A stretch of DNA of 64,000 nt from the human T2T-CHM13v2.0 reference genome, Homo sapiens, in assembly GCA_009914755.4 (NCBI GenBank), contig CP068257.2, positions 43,168,001 through 43,232,000 on the forward strand. The letters run 5' to 3'. Below, piece by piece: positions 10,577 to 23,799 of the stretch; the stretch's first letter is position 1; the number at the start of each line of letters is the position of its first letter. The translations under genes and the position numbers were made by a program. The notes under the pieces were generated by a model. It searched no databases and had not been told where the DNA came from. It saw nothing but the letters and a program-made list of their open reading frames with translations.

Positions 10577-12680
10577 GCTGCGCGCGTTCACGAGGCGCGC
10601 TCCCCGGGGCGTCGGGCGCGCGCAGGCCGGGCCGCGGCTCTGGGCGGTTGGAGATGCGTCACGGGGCGGGTCCCGCGCGACCCCGGCGGGCGCGGAAGCC
10701 CTAGGGCGCTGTGGGGCGCGGGCCAGGAGCGTTTACGGGGAGCCCGGGCCCTGGGGACCCTTGCCCGCCTCCCCGCGTCGCCCGGGCCCCGACTCCTTTC
10801 CTGGGGGCCGCGTTCCTGGGGCGCCGGGAAGTGAGGCCGGGGCCGCCGCCCATGGCCGCAGGGACCTGGGGCGGAGGAGGGAGGACGCTGGGGTTGACGT
10901 TCCCTCTCAGGAGCCGCGGACAGAGCGGAGAAGGCGGCCCGCGGGGTCCCGTCCGCGGGGGCCGCGCGAATCGGGCCAGCACCCTAGACGATTAGGGGCG
11001 CCACCCGCCTCCCTGCCGCCGCGGTTTCCTGTCAGCCCCAGGCCGGGCTCCTTTGGCCAACGCTCCTACGGGGCTGCCCCGGGCCCTCCACACCCGTCCT
11101 CAAGAAGACCCGTTTTACCTGTGAAGAAACTGAGGCACTGGGAGGTCAAACCACCCCCAGGTCAGCGCTGGTGAGCGGCGCCGAGCTTGGCCAGGCCGCC
11201 ACGTCGGCGAGCGCGGGCAAACCCAGGCTGGACGCCGCCAGTGCCGGCGGAACGGGGACCTCGTGGACGCGGGAAACGCGCTGGGCCGGCAGGACGGCCT
11301 CCCCGGACTTGCGGGCGCCATTCCTGGGGTGCCTGGCCCGCCCCGGCCTCCATGTCTGTGATCCCAGGGCCTCGGATGGAACGGACCTGAGGGCGGACAC
11401 CCCTGCGTCCCTCAGGAGTGCCCGGGTGGTGCCAGCCGGGGCGTGGCGGAGGTCTCATCTGATGGTGAGCCCGGCCGAAGGCGGGGGAGGCCGCACTTCA
11501 GGCTCAGCTGGGAAATGGCAGGGCCTGGATTTGAACCTAAGCGTCTGAGCCGTTTCTGTCCTGCCTGGGAAAGGCTCAGCCAACTGAGCAACGTCGCAAA
11601 GCCATGGAGACAAGTCTTCATGGACCATAACTTCACAAACCGTCTTCTACTCAAAAATTCATTTTCTTGGCTAGAGCCCCCACTTAGGAGGGGGAAGGCT
11701 GCTGAAGTCTTTCGGGGAGAGGGTCTGAGAGTCAGCCCCAGTCCCAGGCAGGTCATAAGGTGTGGTCCCTTCCTTCTGGAACCTGGAGCCCAGGGCCTCA
11801 GCAGAGGATGTGGAGGTGGGTGGCCAGCTCAGACGGTCCCGGGAGGGGGCTCCGCAACCAGCCCCTTCCGAGGGGACGTGGCGCCTCAGAGCCCACAGAT
11901 TGCTGGCCCTGGAAGTGCCCTAGGGCAGGCAGGGTTCAGAGAGTTATCGACTCCAAGACACCGTTAATCATAAAACAACACGACCGTAGGTAGCACAGAC
12001 ACACTAAACTCCGGCAGGCTGTGGATGACGGCAGCCCGCTTCAGTGTTGTGGAAGTGAGAAACACGCAGCTTAGAAATCATGAGACACAGAACCCAAATG
12101 TGTTACCGCTCGAAATTACGCCAGTTGCTGTGTCACGAAGTGATGCGTGACTACAGTCATGGATAAGGGAAAAAGAGGCTCAGATGACATTAGGTTTTAA
12201 AAAGCCAGGCTATAAGACAATGGTGGTCTGAATTCAATTCATGCTGTGTCTGTCTCCCACACTGTGACCTGCCCCGAATCCTTCATGTGACAGCAAAGAT
12301 GCAAAAAGGCTCTGTCGCAGCTGTGGGGACACAAAGGACACCGCTGGTGGACCGAACGCCAAGAGGTTTCTGAAGGACACAGCCAAAGGGGATCGAATGG
12401 ACGGAGGAACCAGAGCTCAGGAAAAACCGTGGCCTACCACGAGCACAGGGTAAAGAACCCAAATGGCCAGAGCCCCTCCGGAGGGTCGCCACACCTGGCG
12501 ATGGTCCCAACAAGAAGACTCATGAGAAGGCAGGGAACTGGCAAATGAGTAACAGCATTGCTGACATGAAAGCTCGACCCACATGTGACTAGGAGAGGGG
12601 TCCTGGCTGAGGACGCAAAGAACTGCGAGACAAAGTCACAGGACTCTCCCATGATGGAGAAGTTAAGAGAGGAAAGGTCA

Positions 12681-13077
<397 letters not shown>

Positions 13078-13080
13078 TCA

Positions 13081-13398
<318 letters not shown>

Positions 13399-13781
13399 AA
13401 GTAAAAATAAGAAATTTCTCTGAACTAAAGAAATATTTGACTCCATAAATGGAAAGGGCCCCTGAGTATCCAATGGCTGAGTGAGAAGACTGACACAGAT
13501 GCTTGGCATGTGAGGAGAAATCCCTGAGGCGTTCAGAGACGTTTCTACTTACAGTTAGGGAGGACTGGTTGCCTCAGACAAACCCAACAAAAATAGCCCA
13601 AAAATCAGTATAAAATATTCTTTAAATCTGTTTAAGGCTATCAGCTACCAAAAGAAGTCTTTCTGTGAGGGGCAAAGACCTTCCCCCACCTCAAAAAGAA
13701 AAGGGAAGAGTTTTTTTCCTTTGAGGCACTTGGTGATTAGTATCCTGTGTTAGCCTAGACTTCCATAAAAACATACAGACC

Positions 13782-14088
<307 letters not shown>

Positions 14089-14699
14089 CAGACTGGGCAG
14101 CTTAAACCATTGATAGTTATTTCCCAGCCTCCAGACAGTTCTAGAGACTGGAAGCCCAAAATCAGTGAGCCATCAGGGTTGGTGTCCGGTCAAGCCTCTC
14201 CTCCCAACTTGTATGCAGCCAACTTGGCGTGTTCTCACAATGGCCTTTCTGCTGTGTCTGCAGAGAGGGAGAGATCTCTGGTGTATCTTCCTCCTTTTGC
14301 AAAGACACCAGTCCTCTGGGATTAGGGCCCCACCCTTATCACCTCAGTTAACCTTAATCACCTCTTTAAAGGTTCTGTCTCCAAATGAAATCACATTGGA
14401 GGTCAGGGCTTCAACATGTGAATGCTGGGGGGACACAATTCAGTCTCACATATGCAGTGGAAAGAAGTTGACACACTGAGCAGAGCTTTTGCATCTCCTA
14501 GGGTTGGGGAGACAATAATTGGTGACAGCCCACAAGATAGGGAGACTCTGATGAGTGACCCAGACCTTCAGCTGAGAGCACTGAGGGCTGCAATAGGGGA
14601 GGAAGGCTGAGGGGTGAGTAGATCGTCCCTCTCAAAGTCTGAAACCAAGCTTCCAAAGGGCTGACTCCCAGACTAAGTTGATCTGCTCTCTTTCCCACA

Positions 14700-15800
14700 G
14701 CCAGCCCAAAGCAAAAGGAAATATGCAGAGGTAAATAGCATCATCCAGGGCCTCAAATTAACTAAAATATTTCCATATACAATATCCAGATTTAAAGTTT
14801 ACAAAGAAAACCAGGAGACAAATGATCCAAAACCAAAAAATATATATATAAATAAAGTAGGAATAATTCCATGGGATTATCATGTCAACAGGATATTGAC
14901 ATTATCATACACTTTAAGGTAATGTGATTAATATGTTCAAGAAAATAGATTATGAGATGGAAATGTTCAGCAGAGAAGTGGGGTATATAAAAAACAATTT
15001 AATGGAAATTAAAAAAACAATAGCTGAAGTTATAAATTCAATGGATGGGTTTGAAACAGATTAGACACAGTGAAAGAGATGATTAATGAACTGAAAGATA
15101 GGTCAGAAGAAAATATTCAGGCTGGGTGCAGTGTAATCCCAGCACTTTGGGAGGCGGAGGTGGGTGGATCACCGGAGGTCAGGAGTTTAAGACCAGCCTG
15201 GCCAATATGGCAAAACCCCATCTCTACTAAAAATACAAAAAATTAGCCAGGCATGGTGGTGGGCACCTGTAATTTCTTGAACCCAGGAGATGGAAGTTGC
15301 AGTGAGCTGAGATCACGCCATTGCACACTAGCCTGGGCAACAGAGCAAGACTCTGTCTCAAAAAAAAATTGATCAAAGGTAACAAAACACAGATTACAAA
15401 TGTACTATCAACATCAATCAGAATAGATTAAAAAAACACGTGGTTACATTCTAAACCTGCTGAAAACTAAAGACAAAGAGAATAGAAGCTAGACATATAA
15501 AGGAGAAACTAAAGGACTTACACCTGACTTTGTGACAAAACCATGGAAGCCAGGTGACAATGGAATTAACATCTTCAACGTGGTGAAAGAAAACAGCTAT
15601 CTACATAGAATTTTATACCAAATGAAAACATCATATAAAGGCAGAAGTGAAATGAAGATATTTCAGAAAAAGCAAATCATAGAGATATGTGAAAGGCAAA
15701 TAAAAACTTGGGACCCCAATTCACTCTGCCAAAAGGAAAAAATTAAGCTGAAAGCTGAGTCATGCAAGAAGCTGCCTTTCTTTTAGTTCCTAAGCAGATA
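14700..15800 (+). mobile_element. Ancient L1 (LINE-1) fragment, 5'/ORF1 region, interrupted by the Alu at 15119-15369
   Basis: Translations give L1 ORF1p-like peptides (e.g. ...[56 protein letters not shown]..., cf. L1 ORF1 RREWxxIFKxLKEKNxQPRILYPAKLSF). The sequence is AT-rich with many frameshifts and stops. Confidence 0.6.
15119..15369 (+). mobile_element. Alu with internal deletion, inserted into an older L1 fragment
   Basis: It reads GGCTGGGTGCAGTGTAATCCCAGCACTTTGGGAGGCGGAGGTGGGTGGATCACC...CTGTCTCAAAAAAAAA. Part of the left arm and middle are missing. Confidence 0.8.
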
Positions 15801-16442
15801 GCTAGAGATAAAAGGTTAAACATCACCACAAGTAGCTGCTCTAAGTTCACCTTATCTTATGGAAAGTGCCAATTTGCTGGGCATAAGATGAATACACAAT
15901 TGACTCCTCCCCACCGGCTCCTTTTCTCTTGCACCATGTACATTCAGTCATGTGACCACACCCTTCCTCTTTCCCCTCTAGCCCACTTTTCCTCTTTAAA
16001 TACTGAAGCCCTCAGAGTCATCTTTGGAGAAAGGCACAGACCACAGGCTGTTTCTGTGATTCCATGCTTTTTTCTCCCAGGAGTTGTTCTTAACCTTGGC
16101 AAAGTAAACTTCTAAATTGATTGAGACCTGTCTCAGATACTTTTTGGTTTGCAGAATTAACTGCCAGAAAGCATACACTAAAATAAATACTAAAAGGATT
16201 TCTTCAGCAGAGGGAAAGTGGCCCTGGACGGAAGTATGAAGTACAGGAAGGAATGAAGAACAATAAAAAGCCTGCATATCTGGGTAAATCTAAATAGACA
16301 ATGACTGCATAGAACAACAATAATAATGTCTTCTGGAGTTCTAAATAGATGTGGAATTAGAAGAAGTGATAATGACAGCACGAGGCAGGAGGAATTAACG
16401 TGTTCTAGGGTTGTTGCAGTATCTAAAAAGTGGTAAAGGGGG

Positions 16443-18681
16443 TTCTAGCAGGTGAGGGATGTCTGAGCTGAAGCCTGAGGATAAAGAAGAGCCTGCCGCT
16501 CTCCCTCTCCCTCTCCCCACGGTCTCCCTCTCCCCACGGTCTCCCTCTCCCCCTCTTTCCACGGTCTCCCTCTGATGCCGAGCCGAAGCTGGACTGTACT
16601 GCTGCCATCTCGGCTCACTGCAACCTCCCTGCCTGATTCTCCTGCCTCAGTCTGCCGAGTGCCTGCGATTGCAGGCCCGCGCCGCCACGCCTGACTGGTT
16701 TTCGTATTTTTTTGGTGGAGACGGGGTTTCGCTGTGTTGGCGGGGCTGGCCTCCAGCTCCTAACCGCAAGTGATCCGCCAGCCTCGGCCTCCGGAGGTGC
16801 CGGGATTGCAGACGGTGTCTGGTTCACTCAGTGCTCAATGGTGCCCAGGCTGGAGTGCAGTGGCGTGATCTCGGCTTGCTACAACCTCCACCTCCCAGCC
16901 GCCTGCCTTGGCCTCCCAAAGTGCCGAGAGTGCAGCCTCTGCCCGGCCGCCACCCCGTCTGGGAAGTGAGGAGCGTCTCTGCCTGGCCGCCTATCGTCTG
17001 GGACGTGAGGAGCCCCTCTGCCTGGCTGCCCAGTCTGGAAAGTGAGGAGTGTCTCTGTCCGGCCGCCATCCCATCTAGGAAGTGAGGAGCGCCTCTTCCC
17101 GGCCGCCATCCCATCTAGGAAGTGAGGAGCGTCTCTGCCCGGCCGCCCATATTCTGAGATGTGGGGAGCGCCTTTGCCCCGCCGCCCTGTCTGGGATGTG
17201 AGGAGCGCCTCTGCCCGGCCGCGACCCCGTCTGGGAGGTGAGGAGCGTCTCTGCCCAGCCGCCCTGTCTGAGAAGGGAGGAGACCCTCCGCCTGGCAACC
17301 GCCCCGTCTGAGAAGTGAGGAGCCCCTCCGCCCGGCAGCCGCCCCGTCTGGGAAGTGAGGAGCATCTCCGCCAGGCAGCCACCCCGTCCGGGAGGGAGGT
17401 GGGGGTCAGCCCCCGCCAGGCCAGCCGCCCGGTCCGGGAGGTGAGGGGCGCCTCTGCCCAGCCGCCCCTACTGGGAAGTGAAGAGCCCCTCTACCCGGCC
17501 AGCCGCTCCGTCCGGGAGGGAGGTGGGGGGGTCAGCCCCCCGCCCGGCCAGCCACCTCGTCCGGGAGGTGAGGGGCGCCTCTGCCTGGCCGCCCCTACTG
17601 GGAAGTGAGGAGCCCCTCTGCCCGGCCAGCCGCCCCGTCCGGGAGGGAGGTGGGGGGTTCAGCCACCCGCCCGGCCAGCCGCCCCGTCTGGGAGGTGAGG
17701 GGCGCCTCTGCCCGGCCAGCCACCCCGTCTGGGAGGGAGGTGGGGGGGTCAGCCCCCCGCCCGGCCAGCCGCCCCATCCGGGAGGGAGGTGGGGGGGTCA
17801 GCCCCCCGCCCGGCCAGCCGCCCCGTCCGGGAGGGAGGTGGGGGGGTCAGCCCCCCGCCCGGCCAGCCGCCTCGTCTGGGAGGGATGTCGGGGGGTCAGC
17901 CCCCCGCCCAGCCAGCCACCTCGTCCGGGAGGTGAGGGGCGCCTCTGCCTGGCCGCCCCTACTGGGAAGTGAGGAGCCCCTCTGCCCGGCCAGCCGCCCC
18001 GTCCGGGAGGGAGGTGGGGGGGTCAGCCCCCCGCCCGGCCAGCCGCCTCGTCCGGGAGGTGAGGGGCGCCTCTGCCTGGCCGCCCCTACTGGGAAATGAG
18101 GAGCTCCTCTGCCCGGCCACCACCCCGTCTGGGAGGTGTACCCAACAGCTCATTGAGAACGGGCCATGATGACAATGGCGGTTTTGTGGAATAGAAAGGG
18201 GGGAAAGGTGGGGAAAAGATTGAGAAATCAGATGGTTGCCGTGTCTGTGTGGAAAGAAGTAGACATGGGAGACTTTTCATTTTGTTCTGTACTAAGAAAA
18301 ATTCTTCTGCCTTGGGATCCTGTTGATCTGTGACCTTACCCCCAACCCTGTGCTCTCTGAAACATGTGCTGTGTCCACTCAGGGTTAAATGGATTAAGGG
18401 CGGTGCAAGATGTGCTTTGTTAAACAGATGCTTGAAGGCAGCATGCTCGTTAAGAGTCATCACCACTCCCTAATCTCAAGTACCTAGGGACACAAACACT
18501 GCGGAAGGCTGCAGGGTCCTCTGCCTAGGAAAACCAGAGACCTTTGTTCACTTGTTTATCTGCTGACCTTCCCTCCACTATTGTCCTATGACCCTGCCAA
18601 ATCCCCGTCTGTGAGAAACACTCAAGAATGATCAATAAAAATAAATAATTAATTAATTAATTAATTAATTAATTAAAAAAA
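16443..18681 (+). mobile_element. Full-length SVA retrotransposon (CCCTCT hexamers, Alu-like region, GC-rich VNTR, SINE-R/HERV-K tail, A/T-rich 3' end)
   Basis: CCCTCT repeats run from ~16499 and an antisense Alu-like region spans 16560-16870. A ~35-50 bp VNTR (gccgccccgtctgggaggtgaggggcgcctctgcccggcc...) spans 16900-18130. HERV-K-derived SINE-R sequence (tgtctgtgtggaaagaagtagacatggga...caataaaaataaataattaattaa) spans 18150-18680. The element is flanked by a 17-bp direct repeat, AAAAAGTGGTAAAGGGG, at 16426-16442 and 18677-18693. Confidence 0.85.
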
Positions 18682-19339
18682 GTGGTAAAGGGGAGGACAG
18701 ACAAGTTTAAGTTATTTTCAGAAATGCAAATATTCACTGGGTTTTCCATCCACGGATCCTCACTGAAAGAATCATCATGGATTCACTGCAGCAAAATGCA
18801 GATGGAACTCATGACAGGGACATTCAAGCAGGATCAGTGTGTGCTGTTGAGTGGACCGTGCACTGCACAACTCCAGGAACATTTGGAACCCAACTCCAGG
18901 AACATCTGGAACCCAACTCCAGGAACATCACTGGTTTTAAACTACAGTGTGATCGATGAGTTCTTTGAGAGTTCTGTATTGTTTCCTGGCTGGAAAAGAA
19001 AAGTGAGCAAAGAAACCAGCAAAAGTCATTTTTAATACTAAATACTTTGTGCTGCATACTGTAAAAAAAAAAAAAATACGGTATCTGGGATTAAAATCCC
19101 AGCAGATTGTAACACAGCAGATGTAAGGTATAGATGGAGGAGAAGGAGACAGGAAGAAGGGAAGTACAAGCATACTACAGTTCTTGTCTGGTTCAAGGTG
19201 AAAACATAGATAAAGATATTAATATTTGTTGATAGAATAATGGGAGTTTAAACACATATAAAAATGCTCAAGTTATGTATGCACTTTCCTGTATGTATGT
19301 TTCATTTCAATGAAAAAGTGGTTTATAAAGAAAAAAATT

Positions 19340-19562
19340 TACCCACCTGGCCAACATGGTAAAACCTTGTCTCTACTAAAAATACAAAAATTAGCCAGGC
19401 ATGGTGGCAGGCATCTGTAATCCCAGCTACTCAGGAGGCTGAGGCAGGAGAATCTCTTGAACCCAGGAGGTGGAGGTTTCAGTGAGCCTAGATTGTGCTA
19501 CTGCACTCCAGCCTGGGCAACAAGAGCAAGACTTTGTCTCAACAAAAAAAAAAAAAAAAAGA
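19340..19562 (+). mobile_element. Alu, 5'-truncated
   Basis: It starts within the left arm (CCTGGCCAACATGGTAAAACC...) and ends in a poly(A) of ~20 A. Confidence 0.8.
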
Positions 19563-19564
19563 AA

Positions 19565-22000
19565 AAGAAATTAGGATAATCTGAAGGAAATTAAAAGTAG
19601 CTTTCAAACCACTGGGAGAAAAGCAATACAGCAAAAATCAACCAATGTAACAAATTCATTAAAAGAGATATAAACAATAAAAATAATAATGGAAGACAAT
19701 GCGTAGCACTTATGTGAAATGCATTCCTCTATATCTTTATATGTATTAATGATAGGAGGTAGCTACTATTATCGTGCCATTTTACAGATGTGGGAGCTGA
19801 GGCAAAATCATACAAAGGTAAGGTTCCACCTAGAATCTAGAAATCTGGGAAGAGCATTGCCCCTAACCTAAAAACAGAAACGCCGAATGACCTACAAAAT
19901 CATCACTGTTCTTAAATCTACCAGGGAGCTGAAATTGCAATGTAATCAACCTGAAATCCAAGGATAGACAGGGTAATTGGCTCACCCTTGACAAGGAACA
20001 GGAGGAAGATGGAGCTGCTGTAAAAGTGGACGAGAAGAATTCAGACAACCTTATTAGAAAATTGCTTAAGACCAAGCGTGGGCTTCTGTGCGAATACAGA
20101 ACCCCAAGAACTGGAGACACAATGGAGGCTCACCCTGCTTATAGGCTCTTCCACACATCACACCCTGGGCACTCACAGGAAAGGCTGGAGCATGTGGGAG
20201 GCCAGAGGAAGCAATATGTGATGGCAGAGGCCCTGGGAGGGGAGGAGCCACCACTGTGGCGGGGAGTAGGGGAAAAACCCCACCAGACAGTTTTTCCCTA
20301 TGGAACAGATGCCTTAAGATGCCAGGGAGAGAGGAGCAGAAAATCCTGTCACCTAGGGACCTGTTGTGGCTGGGGAAAACAACAAGAAAATAATTCCACC
20401 TCTAAGGGAGGGGTTGAAACATATGTACACTCAGCCCGTCAGAGGTCTTCCATCTCCAGGGAAGGAACAGGATTACTGAAAAAAATTCCACTCTGAGACT
20501 CAAGGATGTGAGTCCTGCCTGAGACTGAGCAGGACCAGGGCAGAGAGAAACAAGCAAGAGCAGCCCTCCTGAGTGAGGGGCACCAACAGGCCCTGTCTCA
20601 AGGGCAGACATGCAAAGAAGACCTAAGTTAAAGGTGCAGAGCAGGCTCATTGAGAAAAGTCCTGCAGCAAACCATCCTCAACCCTAAGTTCAAGGTCATG
20701 CTACCCTCAAGGTGACCACAGCAACAGCAAAACTCAAATCCAGCTCAACTCCTAGCTTGATTGACTCAAACCCCCATGATGGCAACCTAATGGGGAATGT
20801 CCATTTCCAGATAGAAATACTGTTGTCTCACATACAATGGCTGGCTTTCAGTAAATAATTATGAGGCACAAAAAAAAAAAAAAAAAAAGGGAAAAGAAAA
20901 ATCACAACCAGGAGACAAAAATCAGTAGAACCAGATTCAGATATGACTCAGATGCAAGGATTGTCAGATAGGAATTTATCTTAAAGGTTCTAGTGGAAAC
21001 AGTAAACAATATGAATGTCAAGGTGAGGAGCTTCAGCACAGAGATTGAAATGCTAAGAAAGAGTCCAGTGAAAATGCTAGAGAGGAAGCCCACCTCCAAC
21101 AGGCTCATGAATAGGCTCAACACAGCCAAGAAAAGAAGCAGTGAGCTTCCAGATAAGTCCACAGAAATTATCCAAGCTAAAAAACATGAGGAAAAAGTGG
21201 AAAACAAACAAATGAAAACATCAGACGTAAAAGAGCAAGCAGAAGCCCTGGAGTAATCTCAAATGGTCTAACATATGTGTAATTGGAGTAACAGAAGAAG
21301 AAGAGAGAATGAGGGAGAATAAATATTTTTAAAATAATGGCAAATTTTTTTTCAGGAATAATGAAAGACACCACATCACACATCCAAGTTCAGAAAACCA
21401 TAGCCAGGATTAAAAATCTTTTTTTAGAAAGAAAACACCATATTCAGCTGCTCAAAACCAAAGATAAAGAAAACATCTTGAAGGCAAATAGAAAAAAAAA
21501 AAAAAAAAGGACACATTACACCCAGAGGAACAAGGATAAGAAGTACAACACACTTGTTAGTAGAAACTATGCAAGCCAGAAGACAATGAAGTGACATCTT
21601 TCAAGACTATGAACCCAGATTTCTATACCCAGCAAAACACCTTCAAAAATGAAGAAGAGACTTCCAATGCTGGACAATACGGAGCAAGCTCTTTCCAGCC
21701 TACATTCTTACTGAAGACAACGGAAAGCTCTGGATAACACATAAAAAAGTATCTGAGGACTCGGGAAAGTTAACAGTAGGAAGCAAATTAGGGAATGAGA
21801 CTGAAACACAAAGAAAAAGCTGGTGAGTGATCCCAAGTATTTTTCGTCTTTCATCACCCAGCTTAGACCGCAGGCTGACCCCCGTGTGGAACTGCACAAC
21901 ATGTGTGGACAGAAAAAACTACAAAAGAAATTGTTTTTTTTCTGGCCAGAGGAAAAGAGACCCTGCAAGCCAAAGCATGTGGATTGAATTCAGATTTTTT
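19565..22000 (+). mobile_element. Ancient L1 fragment (5'UTR-like + ORF1)
   Basis: ORFs 20993..21256 and 21337..21594 encode degenerate L1 ORF1p-like peptides (coiled-coil EIEMLRK...KVENKQMKTSD; ...IQVQKTIARIKNLFLERKHHIQLLKTKDKENILKANRKK, cf. L1 RHIIVKxxKVKDKEKILKAAREK). They are A-rich with stops and frameshifts. Confidence 0.55.
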
Positions 22001-23049
22001 GTTTGGTTTGGTTTTTCACTTTTTTAATCTTTCCCAGCCCTCTCCCAAGAGTGTCCCGTCATAGCGCTGCACTAGGGTGGCAGAATGGACCCCAAACCTC
22101 AAGAGAAATACACATTTTCTGGCCACAGACCCTAGAAGAAAGGAGCCTTGTGATCCAAAGAGCATTAGGGAAGTTCCTGTTATTTTCCCCTCTCTTTTCT
22201 CTTGCTGCTTAGTCCATGGGCAACGTCCCTGAAACTGTGGTGGAGTATGGGTGGTTAAAGTTCCCAGAGAAATCCCTTCCTTGTAACCAGAGGACTGGTA
22301 AAGGGGGCTCTTGGGGGCTGGTGAATGTGGTAGAAATCTCAGCAAGGAGAGAATTGAAGACAGGGGTCCCCTGACTCTGTGAATGAATCAACCCTGAGCT
22401 GGGCATGGTGAGGCAATTCAAAGCAACATAGCAACAGCTTTGAGAAAGAACTGAGAGTGAAATCTTGGCCCCTGGGAGGTGGGACAGAGCTCGCATTCTG
22501 AAACTGACAGGACAGGGTGCTTGACAAAACAAAAAGAAAAAAATCATCATCCTCCAAAGGATTTTAACAGGACCCAGAGTCTCACAGCATATCAAAGTGG
22601 CCAGTATAAGATTTAGTTACTTGGTATACAAAGAACAAGGAAAATGTGATTAATTCTCAAGGGAAATGACACCAACATATGTCAACCCAAAATGATGTGG
22701 GTGTTAAGATCACCAGACAAAAACTTTTGCTGGTTGCTTTTTGTTGCTGTTTGAATTTTTTTAGAGATGGTGTTACCAGTGGAGGGTGTCCAGGTTCTTG
22801 GCGTTTTGAACAATGAATTGGATGAAGCACACAAAGCAAGGAAAGAATGGAGTGACAAAAGCAGAGACTTATTGCAAATGAAAGTACACTCCACATGGTG
22901 GGAGCCGCTGGAGAATAACGGCTCAAGACCCCTTACAGAATTCTCAGGGGTTTTGATACCCTCTAGAGACTTCCCATTGGTTACTTGGTGTCCATCCTAT
23001 GTAAATGAAGTAGTGGCCTGCAAACATTCTGATTGGTTGTGGAAAGCAA

Positions 23050-23285
23050 CCAATCAGAGGCTGAAGTGAAGTTACAAAGATTACGCCCTATGCAAGTGTA
23101 TGATTGGTTGCGGAAAGCAACCAGTCAGAGGCTAAAGTGAAATTACAAAGTTACGCTTCTATGCAAACAAAGACTTGGCCTGCAATCAGTCTGATTGGTT
23201 GCCAATCAGAGGCTGAAGTGAAGTTACAAAGTTACACTCCTATGCAAACGTCTGATTGGTTGCAGGAAGCAACCAAGCAGAGATA
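23050..23285. repeat. ~61-71 bp tandem repeat x4 carrying palindromic CCAAT/ATTGG motifs (TGATTGGTTGYGGAAAGCAACCAATCAGAGGCTGAAGTGAAGTTACAAAG...)
   Basis: The motif 'tgattggttg' recurs at 23050, 23121, 23191 and 23252. Each unit holds the inverted pair ATTGGTTG...CAACCAAT. Confidence 0.85.
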
Positions 23286-23316
23286 CCTTCAATTTTCCAT
23301 CTGCCACACCCAAAAG

Positions 23317-23350
23317 GGGTGGGGGTGGGGGTGGGGGTGGGGGTGGGGGG
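23317..23350. repeat. (GGGGGT)n microsatellite, ~5.5 copies
   Basis: It reads ggggtgggggtgggggtgggggtgggggtgggggg. Confidence 0.95.
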
Positions 23351-23465
23351 ATTTGCAAAGGCAGCCTCCAGTTCTTTTGTTACTTAGGTGTGGAAAGTTG
23401 GGGTTTTCCTTCTGATTTAGTTCTAGGAAGTCAGCATGAATTGGCCTTTAGGTTCCCTGCTTCCA

Positions 23466-23632
23466 GACCCTATTCTCCTGTCTCACCGGGGTCTTGCTCC
23501 GTGGCCCTGGCTGGAGTGCAGTGGCAAAATCATAGCTTGCTGCAGCCTCGAACTCCTGGGCTCAAAGCGATTCTCCCGCCTCAGGCTTCCAAGTCACTGG
23601 GACTACAGGCGTGTGCCACCGCACCCAGCTCT
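23466..23632 (-). mobile_element. Alu fragment (right arm, antisense)
   Basis: It reads ...GGGGTCTTGCTCCGTGGCCCTGGCTGGAGTGCAGTGGCAAAATCATAGCTTGCTGCAGCCTCGAACTCCTGGGCTCAAAGCGATTCTCCCGCCTCAGGCTTCCAAGTCACTGGGACTACAGGCGTGTGCCACCGCACCCAGC. Confidence 0.75.
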
Positions 23633-23799
23633 GCTGATTGCTTATTTAAGTAAAAGTTAAACTCTATTGAAATCATTAGAAAGACCAAGGTTCTCAGCAG
23701 AGAAGTAGAAAATATATTTTTTAAAGAAACTCAGAATTTAAAAATAATAATATCAGGAACTTTTTAATTCCCTGACTAGCCTCAAAAGCAGAATGGAGT

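Larger units (their letters stand above)
9800..11500. promoter_or_regulatory. SUMO3: CpG island spanning the SUMO3 promoter, exon 1 and 5' intron 1
   Basis: GC content is very high with dense CpG (runs of cgcg, gcgcgc). It contains the SUMO3 start codon and covers long spurious GC-biased ORFs such as 9840..11174(+). Confidence 0.75.

Noticed and set aside
9840-11174. A 444-aa ORF on the plus strand, and several other 100-150-aa ORFs on both strands, across 9.8-11.5 kb
   Set aside because: They lie entirely within the CpG island. Stop codons are AT-rich, so GC-rich DNA yields long open frames by chance. The peptides are Arg/Gly/Ala/Pro low-complexity with no recognisable domain. The only real coding sequence here is the 21-nt SUMO3 exon-1 CDS.
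14100-14700. Block resembling a common ancient interspersed repeat (…gggcagcttaaacc…cagttctagagactggaagcccaaaatcag…ttagggccccacccttatcacctcagttaaccttaatcacctctttaaaggttctgtctccaaatgaaatcacattggaggtcagggcttcaacatgtgaatgctggggggacacaattcagtctcac)
   Set aside because: I recognise it as a high-copy mammalian interspersed repeat but cannot name the family with confidence from memory. I therefore did not list it as a feature, and RepeatMasker would resolve it.
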